DNA from: Octopus sinensis
Taxonomy: Eukaryota
Direction: 5' to 3'
NCBI RefSeq assembly: GCF_006345805.1
Contig: NC_042999.1
Coordinates: 1,240,001 to 1,304,000, forward strand
DNA: 64,000 bases
Numbering within the stretch: the first letter of the stretch is position 1; each line of letters starts with the position of its first letter. Of the stretch, positions 1 through 12,099 are shown piece after piece. A program made the position numbers and the translations under genes. The notes beneath the pieces were generated by a model. That model ran no database searches and was not told the DNA's origin. It saw nothing but the letters and a program-made list of their open reading frames with translations.

Positions 1-167
1 AAATACCTTTGGAATGAGTACCCAGGTTTGAAATTTCCCCAAGACACCTGAATAAGGCTGGAGGGTATATCAGCCGAAACGTTGTGTTAACAACAAACAA
101 GATGAGGACAAATATCCGTCAAATGTAGATAATGTACATAATTCCTCATCTCTTAAATATAGAACTG
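1..167 (+). mobile_element. 3' part of HHR-bearing tRNA-SINE (family H-A), cut by the window start
   Basis: Near-identical to 9030-9216, including the same 3' end ...ctcttaaatatagaactg. Confidence 0.8.
44..87 (+). ncRNA. Minimal type I hammerhead motif (H-A), G8U variant
   Basis: ACAC CUGAAUA A GGCUG-loop-CAGCC GAAAC GUU GUGU. Stem I ACAC/GUGU; stem III is a loopless ACGU palindrome. Confidence 0.65.
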
Positions 168-315
168 CATTATATCATAGTTTCAAAACGAAATGCAGTG
201 CCCTTGCTAGTAATTAATACCTAGATACCTGCTGCCAGGAATATGTTCAATACATAAATTTGTCTGTCCGATAGTGTTACAGCACTAAACTTAGTGGTTA
301 TTTAAGCAATGCATT

Positions 316-396
316 CGTGGGTAGTTGCTGGATTGGATGTGGTACTGACGAAAGAGCAATAACTCTTGAAATATGCATATACACTCAGTACCTACG
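316..396 (+). ncRNA. Type I hammerhead ribozyme with extended stem I (H-B)
   Basis: GUA CUGACGA AAGAG CAAUAA CUCUU GAAA U AUGC AUA^ UAC at 342-382. Outer stem I CGUGGGU..GCUG / CAGUACCUACG. Confidence 0.75.
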
Positions 397-761
397 TTTT
401 CTATCTTTGATTGCGTTGTTTACATAAGTGTATTTGCATGTAGAACGTCGTAACTGCCAGTGTCAGCTTTAAATTCTGTTGACAATCTGTTGAGATAAAC
501 TTAAACGTATAAAATGTAATATTCCCTTTTCATTTATTTATTTCCTTTCATCTCAAGAAAGAAATGATCATTGAATGTAACAGTTACATAACTAAGATGG
601 CTCTTCTTGATCCTAATAGTTTAATTTTTAACACAAGGTCTCAGATCGATTCACAGGCTAGTCAGATAGTACTACAAAATCAATATTATGCTTTGTGTTC
701 TATGTATGTATTCAGGGGAAAATAGCATCAAGTGACATGAGCTTTTCTTCATTAATGCGCA

Positions 762-1335
762 GAGTTTACGTATTTAGGTAGTAAGATAACGTTTTCAGGC
801 GGCGCCGACGAAGACATTAAGACGAGAATAAGTAAGGCAAGGACCGCTTTTCACCTGTTAAAAAAAGAACAAAATAAGAATTTTTAACACTAACGTAAAA
901 GCGGTGTTGTTGTATGGGACTGAGACATGGCGAACAACAGTTAAGTCAAATAAGCAAATACAATCATTCATCAACAGATGCTTGCGTAGTATACTTAAAA
1001 TTAGATGGACCGAACACATAAGCAATAGGGAGCTATGGCAAAGAACAAATCAAGTTTCGATTAGGGAGCAAATATTTAAGAAAAAGTGGAAGTGGATTGG
1101 TAGCACAATTAGAAAAGACACACCAAATGTAGTGAAAAGAGCCTTACAGTGGAAACCGGATGGATATAGAAGGAGAGGTAGGCCTAAGAACTCGTGGCAG
1201 AGATCAACAGAAAGGGAGCTAGAGAAAGGGGGACATTCATGGCAGAGTATAAGTACAGAAGCAAAAATTATGTGACATGGAATTCAACTATAAGTGGCCT
1301 ATACTCCGCGTTGGAGGGTTACAGGCATAAAGAAA
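762..1335 (+). pseudogene. RTE-clade LINE, 3' fragment of the RT ORF
   Basis: Translates EFTYLGS...TRISKARTAF, then LLYGTETW, KWIG, RRRGRPKNSW (ORF 904-1275). Internally deleted. Confidence 0.85.
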
Positions 1336-1671
1336 CAAAAGCTGTGGCCATTTCAGGAAGATCTTAACATATCTTACACATTTTTAACATGTGTTTTCTT
1401 TTCAAAGCCATAGAATGCGAAAATACATCAGCATAATTTTTCTTTGATCTCTGCAGATTCATAGAAAGATTCAAACCTAACATCACGAAATAATAAGTCG
1501 TTTAACATTGAATTATATGCTTCCGTTTCTTAGTGCAGAGTTTTGGTTATTGGAATTGAAATTACTAACATGTCTAAAATTTAATCAACTTCGACAGCTG
1601 CAATTGTGTATTGTAAATTATAAAGAATTATTGTGTTGAAAGCTAGTCATCACAATATTGTCGCTACTCCA

Positions 1672-2252
1672 AGGCGGCGAGCTGGCAGAAACGTCAGCAC
1701 GACGGGCGAAATGCAGAGGGATATTTCGTCTGTCGCTACGTTTTGAGTTCAAATTCCGCCGAGGTCGACTTTGCCTTTCATCCTTTCGGGGTCGATTAAA
1801 TAAGTACCAGTTACGCACTGGGGTCGATATAATCGACTTAATCCGTTTGTCTGTCCTTGTTTTTCCTCTCTGTGTTTAGCCCCTTGTGGGCAGTAAAGAA
1901 ATAGGTATTTCGTCTGTCTTTACGTTCTGAGTTCGAATTCCTCCGAGGTCGACTTTGCCTTTCATCCTTTTGGGGTCGATTGAATAAGTACCAGTTATGC
2001 ACTGGGTCGATATAATCGACTTAATCCATGTGTCTGTCCTTGTTTGTTCCCTCTGTGTTTAGCCCCTTGTGGGTAGTAAAGAAATAGGTATTTCGTCTGT
2101 CTTTACTTTCTGAGTTCAAATTCCTCCGAGATCGAGTTTGCCTTTCATCCTTTCGGGGCCGATAAATAAGTACCAGTTGCGTATTGGAGTCAATCTAATC
2201 GACTTGCTCCTTCCCCAAAAATTTCGGTCCTTGTGCCTAGAGTAGAAAAGAA
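1672..2252 (+). mobile_element. SINE family B (Meta-domain-like), three tandem partial units
   Basis: Repeated ggtcgactttgcctttcatcctttcggggtcgat..aagtaccag; head ggcggcgagctggcagaaacg. Confidence 0.75.
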
Positions 2253-2329
2253 TATTGTAGTTACTCCTTGTCTTTTCATCCATAAGACGCAAAGCGATCT
2301 AGCAGAAATCGTTTCAAGTGTTTACCTTT

Positions 2330-2735
2330 TACTTGTTCCAGTCATTAAGCTGTGGCCATGCTGGAGCATTGCCCTCAAGAATTTTGGTTAAATGAGTTAA
2401 CGCCATTCTTTTTAAGCACAGTACTTGTTCTTTGATGTATTTTGCCAAAACGCTTTGTGCGAACAATACACAAACAACAGTTGCCAAGCAGTGGAGGGGG
2501 ACAAACACAGACACACATACACCCACTCACAAACAAACACATACACACACACGTACACTCCCCCCACACACACACACACGCAACGTGCCTCTTTCAGTTT
2601 CTGACTATCAAATCACATAAAGCTTTGGTTGGCTCAAAGACGTGGTAGAAGACTCTTGTCCAAGGTAGCATGCAGTGGGACTGAACCCAGAACCCTTTGA
2701 TGGAAAAACAAACTTCGTACCACACAGCCACACCT
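2330..2735 (-). mobile_element. SINE family A (tRNA-derived, internal microsatellite; Octopus-type)
   Basis: Matches the ~400 bp consensus found about 19 times in the window (ggctgtgtggtaag...gggttcagtcccactg...aaacaagtaaaag). Confidence 0.75.
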
Positions 2736-2774
2736 CTGTAAAGCTTGTGCATAATATTTATTTATACAGTTGAG

Positions 2775-3205
2775 CCAATTGAAATCATAGTTGTGGTCGA
2801 TGCCAGTGGCGCATAAAAAGCACCATTCGACTATGATTCATGCCAAGTGGCATGTAAAAAGCACCATTCAAGTGTGACCAGTGCTAGTGGCACATGAAAA
2901 GCACCGTTGAAGTGTGACTGATGCCAGTGCCATCTAACTGGCACCCATGTCAGTGGCACATGAAAAGTACCATTCAAGTGTGACCATTGCCAGTGCCGCC
3001 TCACTGGCTCCGATGCTGGTGGCACATAAAAAGCACCCATTACATTCTCGGAGTGGTTGGCATTAGGAAGGGCATCCAGCTGTAGAAACACTGCCAGATC
3101 AGATTGGAACCTGGTGCAGCCTCCCGGCTTTCCAGTCGTCAGTCAAACCATCTAACCCATGCCAGCATGGAAAATGGACGTTAAACGATGACGACGATGA
3201 TGATA
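2775..3205 (+). mobile_element. RTE LINE 3' UTR (family C), 5'-truncated, (GAT)n tail
   Basis: ggcattaggaagggcatccagctgtagaaac and internal gtggcacgtaaaaagcacc repeats. The same sequence follows the RTE ORF at 33745. Confidence 0.7.
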
Positions 3206-4039
3206 ATGACTGTACAGAGTGCTATATTTTCAGATGTTTTGACAACATTTAGCACATGATAATTTCTACTTCTATTTTCCGTTTTTCTTTCTTAATAAGA
3301 TCATTTCTCTTTCTCTCATGCTCTTTCATTTTGTTCCTTCCCTGCTAGTTCTATTTGCTCTTCGTTTTTTCAGTCTCCTTCTTTCATAATTTCATTCTTT
3401 TACTCTGGAGGAAAAAGTAAATAACAGTGTTTTACTAGAGGGTATCTCTGCATTTTTTCATTAGACAAAATAGCTTATGTAATGATAATAAAAAAAATCT
3501 TGTTAGATAGACTGATATTCCCTGCTACAAATTATATTCCTGTAATTTATTATGAATTACTTGAAGCAAATATATTTTATAATCCATGGGAGAGGTGTGT
3601 TGAAACATTAGCTATAAAGGAAAAGTATCCATTATTGTACACAGAAGAGGTGGTTGTGTGATTACTTATTAATATAGGCAAAGCCAGAAGTATTGAAAAC
3701 CTGATTATAAAACAAATATGTTGTGTGAAAAATAATACAATATTGACGAAGGATTAATATTTTAATTATACCAGCATGTATAAAAGACAATTCCTCATAG
3801 GTTTCAGTCTTATTAAAACTTTTCATGAAATCAAGTACACATAAAAACTTTTTAAAGTTTTGTTATATTTGAGGATGTTGTGTTGAATGAGAGTAAAGCC
3901 CTGGTGGGATGATCTCGTGGGAGACAGAGGACATGTCTGTACCCTGGAGATTAACCTCAGATGTGGTCTGGCTGCTGGTGTCATTTACTCCTTTTGGAAA
4001 CCCTTTGGTGCCACTTCTCTGTCTCCCAGAAGATGAAGC

Positions 4040-4235
4040 TTCACATCTAAAAACATCGACACTCTTTATTCTCCTCTATGAAGCAGAAACGCGTCCCCTT
4101 TTGAAGACCCTGGCAAAGAGGATTGACAACTTTGATAGCAGAACCCTGAGAACCATTGAGAACATCAGATGGTACCATCACATTTCTAACAACGAACTGC
4201 ATGCACACACGAATCAGGTCACAATCTCCCACCTC
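4040..4235 (+). pseudogene. Degenerate RTE-like RT fragment
   Basis: LLYEAETRPL..RIDNFDSRTLRTIENIRWYHHISNNEL. Confidence 0.6.
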
Positions 4236-4279
4236 ATATTCATCACAATAAACACATGCACTATTTATTTGATCTTTAC

Positions 4280-4359
<80 letters not shown>

Positions 4360-4390
4360 CATCATCATCATCATTATTATTATTATTATT

Positions 4391-4952
4391 TCATTGTCTT
4401 TGCACAGCTTCTAACATGGAGAGGTACTACGGTGTCAGCTGTTCACTACCAGTGAACTAAAGTAACACCATTCGGAGTACTTGAGCAGTTCCAAGCAGTG
4501 ATGTTTCCTGCAAGTGCTCCACCCTTATTGCAGCCCTTGTTCCATGTACTTACTGTTCCCAGGACTCCAACACTTATTGGTACTACTACCACCTTTTTCA
4601 TCGAACACAAATGCTTAACCTCACAAGCTAACCTGTTATATGTATCGACATTTCTTTCTTCCTTATCGCATACTTTGTAGTCAGTTGGGCATGCTATATC
4701 TATGATCCAGCATAGTTCGTTTTCTTTCTCAATTAAGACTATGCCTGGCTTCCTATTCTCAATCTCATGATCACACTGAATCATAAAATCCCGTAGGATC
4801 TTGGCATTTCTATTTCGACAATGCCTTCAGGTTTGTAGTTATACCAAGTTTTTGCTCTGTCAAGTCCATACTTGTTGCAAAGTGTCTAATGGACAAGCCT
4901 GGCTATATTGTCGTGGCGTTTCATATTCCTTCTGGGTGAGTGGCTTACATTC
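4391..4952 (-). pseudogene. R4/Dong-like RLE non-LTR element, 3' fragment (older subfamily)
   Basis: RHD..., IQCDHEIENRKPGIVLIEK..CWIIDIACP..VPISVGVLG (degenerate PD-(D/E)xK endonuclease). Flanked by (AAT)n and (AAG)n. Confidence 0.75.
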
Positions 4953-4963
4953 TTCTCCTTCTT

Positions 4964-4994
<31 letters not shown>

Positions 4995-5014
4995 TTATTA
5001 TTATTATTATTCAG

Positions 5015-5735
<721 letters not shown>

Positions 5736-6001
5736 AAATCCCACAGGATCTTTGCATTATCATTTTCGATGATGCCTTGGGCATCATTCTTATTATTAGT
5801 TTATTTATCAGAATCCTTTCATCACACATTCTGTGACCTCTTCAGTGACCATCTGTTCTTCTCTGTGTCTCCTCTTCTCTATCTTCTTCACCTGTCTATT
5901 CCATATTATCATTCCGTAGTATGTATCCCTATCTTTGCATGTGTTTGCACTTGTATCTGTGTGTGAGTCAGTGTGTTTATGTATGCGAATGTGTATCTTT
6001 A

Positions 6002-6410
6002 CTCTTTTACTCTTTTACTTGTTTCAGTCATTTGACTGTGGCCATGCTGGAGCACCAACTTTTAGTCAAGCAAATCGACCCCAGGACTTATTCTTTGGAA
6101 GCCTAGTATTTATTCTATCGGTCTCTTTTGTCGATCCGCTAAGTTATGGGGACGTAACCACACCAGCATCAGTTGTCAAGCGATGTTGTGGGCGGGGGAC
6201 AAACACAGACACACATACATATACACGCATATAAATATATATCCATATATACGACGGGCTTCTTTCAGGCTCCATCTACCAAATTCACTCACAAGGCTTT
6301 GGTTATCCCGAGGCTATAGTAGACACTGGCCCAATGTGCCATGCAGTGGGACTGGACCTGGAACCATGTAGTTCGTAAGCAAGCTACTTACCACACAGCC
6401 ACTCCTACGC
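6002..6410 (-). mobile_element. SINE family A
   Basis: Full-length match to the family A consensus. Confidence 0.8.
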
Positions 6411-6751
6411 ATATCTTGTGTGCATATATGTATGAGTTTGTATATTACACTGAACCCGTGTCTTTTTTTTTTTTTGCTTTCCCATTCTGTCTTCATCAAG
6501 TTGCTAGGTGGGAGTAGAGTGGGGATTGTTCTAACTCCATTCATGTTTTCTATTAAGGTTTGGCTTATCCGTTGCCATAGCATCCAATCTGGTGCAATCA
6601 TTGTTCTTGTACTGATATTCTTTATTTGCCAATTTAGTGATGATAGAATCACTAAACAGATGCTCATTGCTGTAGATAATGATACGTGAAAATTAGCAGA
6701 GTTTAGAACGTATTGATTGGTTTTTACAGCCAATTTTTTTTCATGCTATCT

Positions 6752-6965
6752 TTACTCTTTTACTCTTTTACTTGTTTCAGTTATTTGACTGTGGCCATGC
6801 TGGAGCACCACCTTTAGTCGAGCAAATCGACCCCAGGACTTATCTTTGTAAGCCTAGTACTTATTCTATCACACTCTTTTACCGAACTGCTAAGTTAACA
6901 CACCAGCATCAATTGTCAAGCGATGTTGGGGGTGGGGACAAATACAGACATATATATATACACGC

Positions 6966-7002
<37 letters not shown>

Positions 7003-7120
7003 TACGATGGGCTCCTTTCAGCTTCCGTCTACCAAATCCACTCACAAGGCTTTGGTCGGCCCGTGGCTATAGTAGAAGACACTTGCCCAAGGTGACACGC
7101 AGTGGGACTGAACTTGGAAC
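6752..7120 (-). mobile_element. SINE family A
   Basis: Match to the family A consensus with small deletions. Confidence 0.8.
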
Positions 7121-7572
7121 CACACAGCCACTTCTACGCCTATGAAAAATATGGAACGCTTCACAAATTTGCATATCATCCTTGCGTATCATCCTTTGGT
7201 AAGAAGAATATATATACCTGAGGCATTGTCTTGCAGTCAGGTACCCCATTCTGTGATTAATACATACCTGCTTTAAACATAAGCAATCTATTGTTCCTAA
7301 CATCTATAAACATGCAAGTCAGCAAATGAATTTTTACGGAACAAAATGACAACACAACCACCCCTTCTAGAGAAAGGATTTTTAGAGAAGTGCAAATTTA
7401 AATAAACACACATACACACACTTATATACACACACATGCAAACATGGATATAACTATAGAACAAGTTTCTTTTAGTTTCCATCGACCAAATACTCTCACA
7501 CAGCTTTGCTCAGCATGATTACAATAAAAGGCTTTCCTAAGATGCTGTGCAGTAGGACTGAACATGAAACTA

Positions 7573-8530
7573 CAGGGTGGTCCAAAAATCTTGTTACACC
7601 CTACATATTGTTTATTATTGTCATTATTATGTGCATAGGCGCAGGAGTAGCTGTGTGGTAATTAGCTTGCTTACCAACCACATGGTTCCGGGTTCAGTCT
7701 CACTGCGTGGCAACTTGGTCATGTGTCTTCAACTGACCAAAGCCTTGTGAGTGGATTTGGTAGATGGAAATTGAAAGAAGCCCATCGTATATATATATGT
7801 GTGTATGTGTGTATGTATGTATGTTTGTGTGTCTGTGTTTCTCCCCCACCATCGCTTAACAAGCGATGTTGTTGTGTTCACGTCCCCATAACTTAGCGGT
7901 TTGCCAAAAGAGACCAATAGCATAAGTATTAGGCTTACAAAGAATAAATTCTTGGGTCGACTTGCTCTAGTAAAGGCAGTGCTCAAGCATGGCCACAGTC
8001 AAATTACTGAAACAACTAAAAGGATAAAAGAATAAACGAATTATCATATTTTTTGTTTTAGTAATATAGTATGTGCCCCACCCCACTATGCTATTACTGC
8101 CTGGAAATACCTAAATAAAGTTTTTCGGGATAGATGGATAGGGCGATGATCACAACACCTTCCAGCACCTGTTGATTGACCTCTCAGAAGTCCAGACCTC
8201 ACATCTTGTGATAACGCTCTGTTGGGTATTATCAAGGAGAGAGTATCACACGAACGATACCAGAATACCCATGAGTTGAAGGACGCCACTTGGAGAGCCT
8301 TTGCAACAATCACCAAAGCACAGCTTCGAAAAATATCACACAGGGCATGGCGCCACATCATTTTGTGCCACGAAAATGATTGTTTTCATACAGACCTTCT
8401 GAATGTTTGACAGCGTCAATGAAAGGGAATAAACTAAGTCTATTTCGTGCTTTGGATTACCACATTACTTGTTCTTCCATTGTTCTCATTACGTTTTAGT
8501 AAGGGGTAACAAGACTTTCGGACCATCCTG
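7573..8530 (+). mobile_element. Non-autonomous Tc1/mariner element with transposase C-terminal remnant, interrupted by a SINE
   Basis: TIRs ta|cagggtggtccaaaaatcttgttacacc and ggggtaacaagactttcggaccatcctg. Remnant WIGR..PLRSPDLTSCDNALLGIIKERV. Confidence 0.8.
7638..8035 (+). mobile_element. SINE family A nested in the Tc1/mariner element
   Basis: Consensus match. Confidence 0.8.
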
Positions 8531-8697
8531 CACAAGATTATGAGTCAAATGTATCAACTAAACAGCCTTGTCTGCTCCTGCTATATCGGTACCTAAATGA
8601 AGAAGTTAATTAAAATTTCTGTTTACTAGAATAACTAAAGTAATTATTTACATTATTTACATTTGACAGATATTTGCCCTCATCTTGTTTGTTGCAA

Positions 8698-8741
8698 ACA
8701 CAACGTTTCGGCTGATATATCCTCCAGCCTTCTTCGGGTGT
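8698..8741 (-). ncRNA. Minimal hammerhead motif (H-A), U4C variant
   Basis: ACAC CCGAAGA A GGCUG..CAGCC GAAAC GUU GUGU. Confidence 0.6.
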
Positions 8742-8944
8742 CTTGGGAAAATTTTGAACCTGGGTTCTCATTTCTAAGATATTCTTCGATGTTATTATTG
8801 TTGTTGTTGTTATTATTGTTCAGGTCACTGCTTGGAATCGAACTTGGAATCTTGGAGTTAGTAGCCCACGCTCTTAACCACTACGCCATATGCCCGATTC
8901 CGAGTTCGATTCCAAGCAATGACCTGGACAACAACAACAACATC

Positions 8945-9002
<58 letters not shown>

Positions 9003-9074
9003 TTAATAATAACAACAACAACAACATCGAAGAATACCTTAGGAATGAAAACACAGGCTTAAAATTTCCCCAAG

Positions 9075-9118
9075 ACACCTGAAGAAGGCTGGAGGGTGTA
9101 TCAGCCGAAACATTGTGT
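9075..9118 (+). ncRNA. Minimal hammerhead motif (H-A)
   Basis: ACAC CUGAAGA A GGCUG..CAGCC GAAAC AUU GUGU (CpG-type change in stem III). Confidence 0.65.
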
Positions 9119-9994
9119 TAACAACAAACAAGATGAGGACAAATATCCATCGAATGTAAATAATGTAAATAATGTAGATAATGTACATAATTCCTCATCT
9201 CTTAAATATAGAACTGTATTAACTAAAGTAATATCAGTCATTTGTAATAAATATTATCTTCATTTTGCTGATTATTCTTGGCTAGTTTTTTTTATTGCTA
9301 ACTGTAGCAACGTAATAAGCATTGTTTTCTTTTAGAAGGATGTTGACTTCAAATCATTTCTCTCAGTAATTTGTACCCAAGTATGGACATGCAATAAGAA
9401 ATGGACAATACCTGTTGGATAAAAATAGAAAAAGATAACAGTGGTAACTAGAGAAATTTTGAAGTTGATTAGGGTTAAAGAATTAGAATTCTTCATTCCA
9501 TTCACAAACAGTAAATGTAGAACATCAAATATATTTGCTAAAATACTGAACAACAAACAGAAAGATCATTTAATTGTACATTTAATGTTGGTGGAGATGT
9601 TACTGGACTTGTAATGAATGAAGCCTTACAACAGCAAAGATTTATTTGTCATATGTCCCCTCAGAACAAATTGATAAATTTCATTATGCACTAAAAGTAA
9701 AATAATAAATGATTTAATAAAATAGAAATGAAAACAAACAGTTGTCATAACACTCAATGTATGAGTATTCATTGTTCTCTCAGTTTTTCTCTTTCTTTCT
9801 ATGTGTGTATATAAATATATATTTATAGACTGTTTCAAGTGGTTTGCCGATTTAATATATCAAGTAAAAGGAGGGAGTCAGAAGTTTGGATAATTATTTA
9901 TTTATTTAATGATTTCATCTCGTTTTGGAGAAGCATCAGGAATGGTAGTTTTACAGAAAATTTATGAATTCGACCCACTTATGAGAATCCCTCA

Positions 9995-10540
9995 ATCATT
10001 GGACAATGAAATTTGCTTGTGAAGACCTATTGAGGCAAGTGTAAACAAATCGAAATCGCTGACGTGGCCGATGACAGTACCACCTGATAGGCACTTGTGC
10101 CAGTGGAACGTTAAAAGCACATCCAAACGTGATTGCTGCCAGGGCCACAGATTGGCTCCTGTGCCGGTGGCATGTAAAAAAGCACCACTAGAGTGTGGTT
10201 GTTGCCAGCGTCGCCTTACCAGCACATGTGCCACTGGTATGTGAAAAGCAACATTCAAGCATACTCGTTGCCAGTGCCTCCGGACTGGCTCCAATGCAGG
10301 CAGCACATAAAAAGCACCTTTTCAGCATGGTCGTTGCCAGAACCACTCGATTGGTCCTTGTGCCAGTGGCATGTAAAATCACCCACTACACTCTCGGAGT
10401 GGATGGCATTAGGAAGGGCATCCAGCTGTAGAAACTTTGCAAGATCAGTTTGAGCCTGGAGCAGCCATCTGGCTCACCAGTCTTTAGTCAAACCGTCCAA
10501 CCCATGCCAGCATGGAGAGAGGACGTTAAACGATGATGAA
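9995..10540 (+). mobile_element. RTE LINE 3' UTR (family C)
   Basis: Same sequence as downstream of the RTE ORFs at 33745 and 36775. Confidence 0.75.
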
Positions 10541-10829
10541 GAGTATTTATATATAAGTGAGTTAGTTAAAAATATCTGGAGTTGAACTGGGAAGAGAATG
10601 TTTTTTGTGCTAATTCGAAGAATCCTGGAATGGGTAAAAATAACTGGAAGAAGATAACACAAATGAATTTATTTTGACAACACAATTCTCTGAAATAGAA
10701 GTTACTTTACTATCCTCTTCTCATCACTTACCACATGTTTAACAATAAACATTAATAAACATAAACCTACATGAAATTCAATTTTTTTTTGAAAAGCAAG
10801 AAGCACATTCACACACATATCTATACTCA

Positions 10830-11015
10830 TGGGTGCATATGGCTGTGTGGTAAGAAGACTGCTTCCCAACCACATGGCTCTAGTTTCAATCCCACAGTGT
10901 GACACTTTGGTCAAATGTCTTCTACTATAGCTGCAGGGTGACCAAAGCCTTGTGAGTGGATTTAATAGACAGAAAACTGAAAGAAGCCCATCATATATGT
11001 ATGTATGTATGTATG

Positions 11016-11049
<34 letters not shown>

Positions 11050-11280
11050 TGTATGTATGTATGTATGTATGTATGTATATGTTTCTGTGTCTCTGTTTGT
11101 CCCAACACCACTGTTTGACAACAAGTGTTAGTTTACGTCCCTGTAACTTAGTGGTTTGGTAAAAAGAACTGATAGAATATGTACTGGGGTCGATTTATTC
11201 AACTAACAATTCCACAAAGATGTGCTCCAGCATGACCATAATGTAATGACTGAAGCAAATAAGAAATAAAAGATAAAATG
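10830..11280 (+). mobile_element. SINE family A with (ATGT)n core
   Basis: Consensus match. Confidence 0.75.
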
Positions 11281-11370
11281 AAATAAAAACTTGGGACAAA
11301 ATAAAAAAACGTGAAAACTATATATTTTGAATGGGAATTTGGCAGCGCCACCTCTAGCCAAACAATTATT

Positions 11371-11413
11371 CTATGCTGATGAAGGGAAATAACCCGGAAA
11401 TCACAATACACAG
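11371..11413 (+). ncRNA. Type I hammerhead (H-C copy 1)
   Basis: CUAUG CUGAUGA A GGG AAAUAA CCC G GAAA U CACA AUA^ CACAG. Predicted cut after 11408. Confidence 0.75.
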
Positions 11414-11725
11414 ATATTGTTTTGTGCTGAGTGGGGGTACTAGATTCTTTTGTTTGAAAATATAAGGACACAGATCGTGTCGTATAGCCACCTGTCGACA
11501 ATATCTCCTGGACTAAATTACAGCAACATCCATCCTAAGCCAGGATTGCCATGTTATGTTGGCAAGCAATATTTGCTCCAAAGTACTGTTGCTGAATATT
11601 TCTTGTTGTGAGATTTACAAATAGTATTTTTCTAATTTATAGATCAGTGACTAGTTGTCACTTCGAAAACAATATATTTCGAACAGGAATTTAACAGCGA
11701 CACTACCTCAAGCTGAACAATTATT

Positions 11726-11768
11726 CTGTGCTGATGAAGGGAAATAACCCGGAAATCACAATACACAG
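11726..11768 (+). ncRNA. Type I hammerhead (H-C copy 2)
   Basis: CUGUG CUGAUGA A GGG AAAUAA CCC G GAAA U CACA AUA^ CACAG. Perfect 5-bp stem I; predicted cut after 11763. Confidence 0.8.
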
Positions 11769-12056
11769 ATATTATTTTGAACTGAGGTGGGGTGCTAGAT
11801 TCCCTTGTTTGAAAATATAAGGACACAGCGATGATGTCTCCCTGGGCTAAATTACAGCAACATTAATCTTAAACCAGTAATGCCATGTTATGTTGGCAAA
11901 CAATCTTTACTCTAAAGTACTGTTACTAAATAGCTCTCGTTGTGAGATTTACAATAGTATTTTTCTAATTTATAGATCAGTGACTAGTTGTCACTTCGAA
12001 AACAATATATTTCGAACAGGAATTTAACAGCGACACTACCTCAAGCTGAACAATTA

Positions 12057-12099
12057 TTGTGCTGATGAAGGGAAATAACCCGGAAATCACAATACACAG
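12057..12099 (+). ncRNA. Type I hammerhead (H-C copy 3)
   Basis: UUGUG CUGAUGA...AUA^ CACAG. Predicted cut after 12094. Confidence 0.8.

Larger units (their letters stand above)
8645..9216. mobile_element. Inverted pair of HHR-bearing tRNA-SINE H-A (left copy minus strand with head; right copy plus strand, 5'-truncated)
   Basis: 8645-8850 is the reverse complement of 8897-9173. The minus-strand head gggcatatggcgtagtggttaagagcg..gttcgattcc has A/B boxes. Confidence 0.8.
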
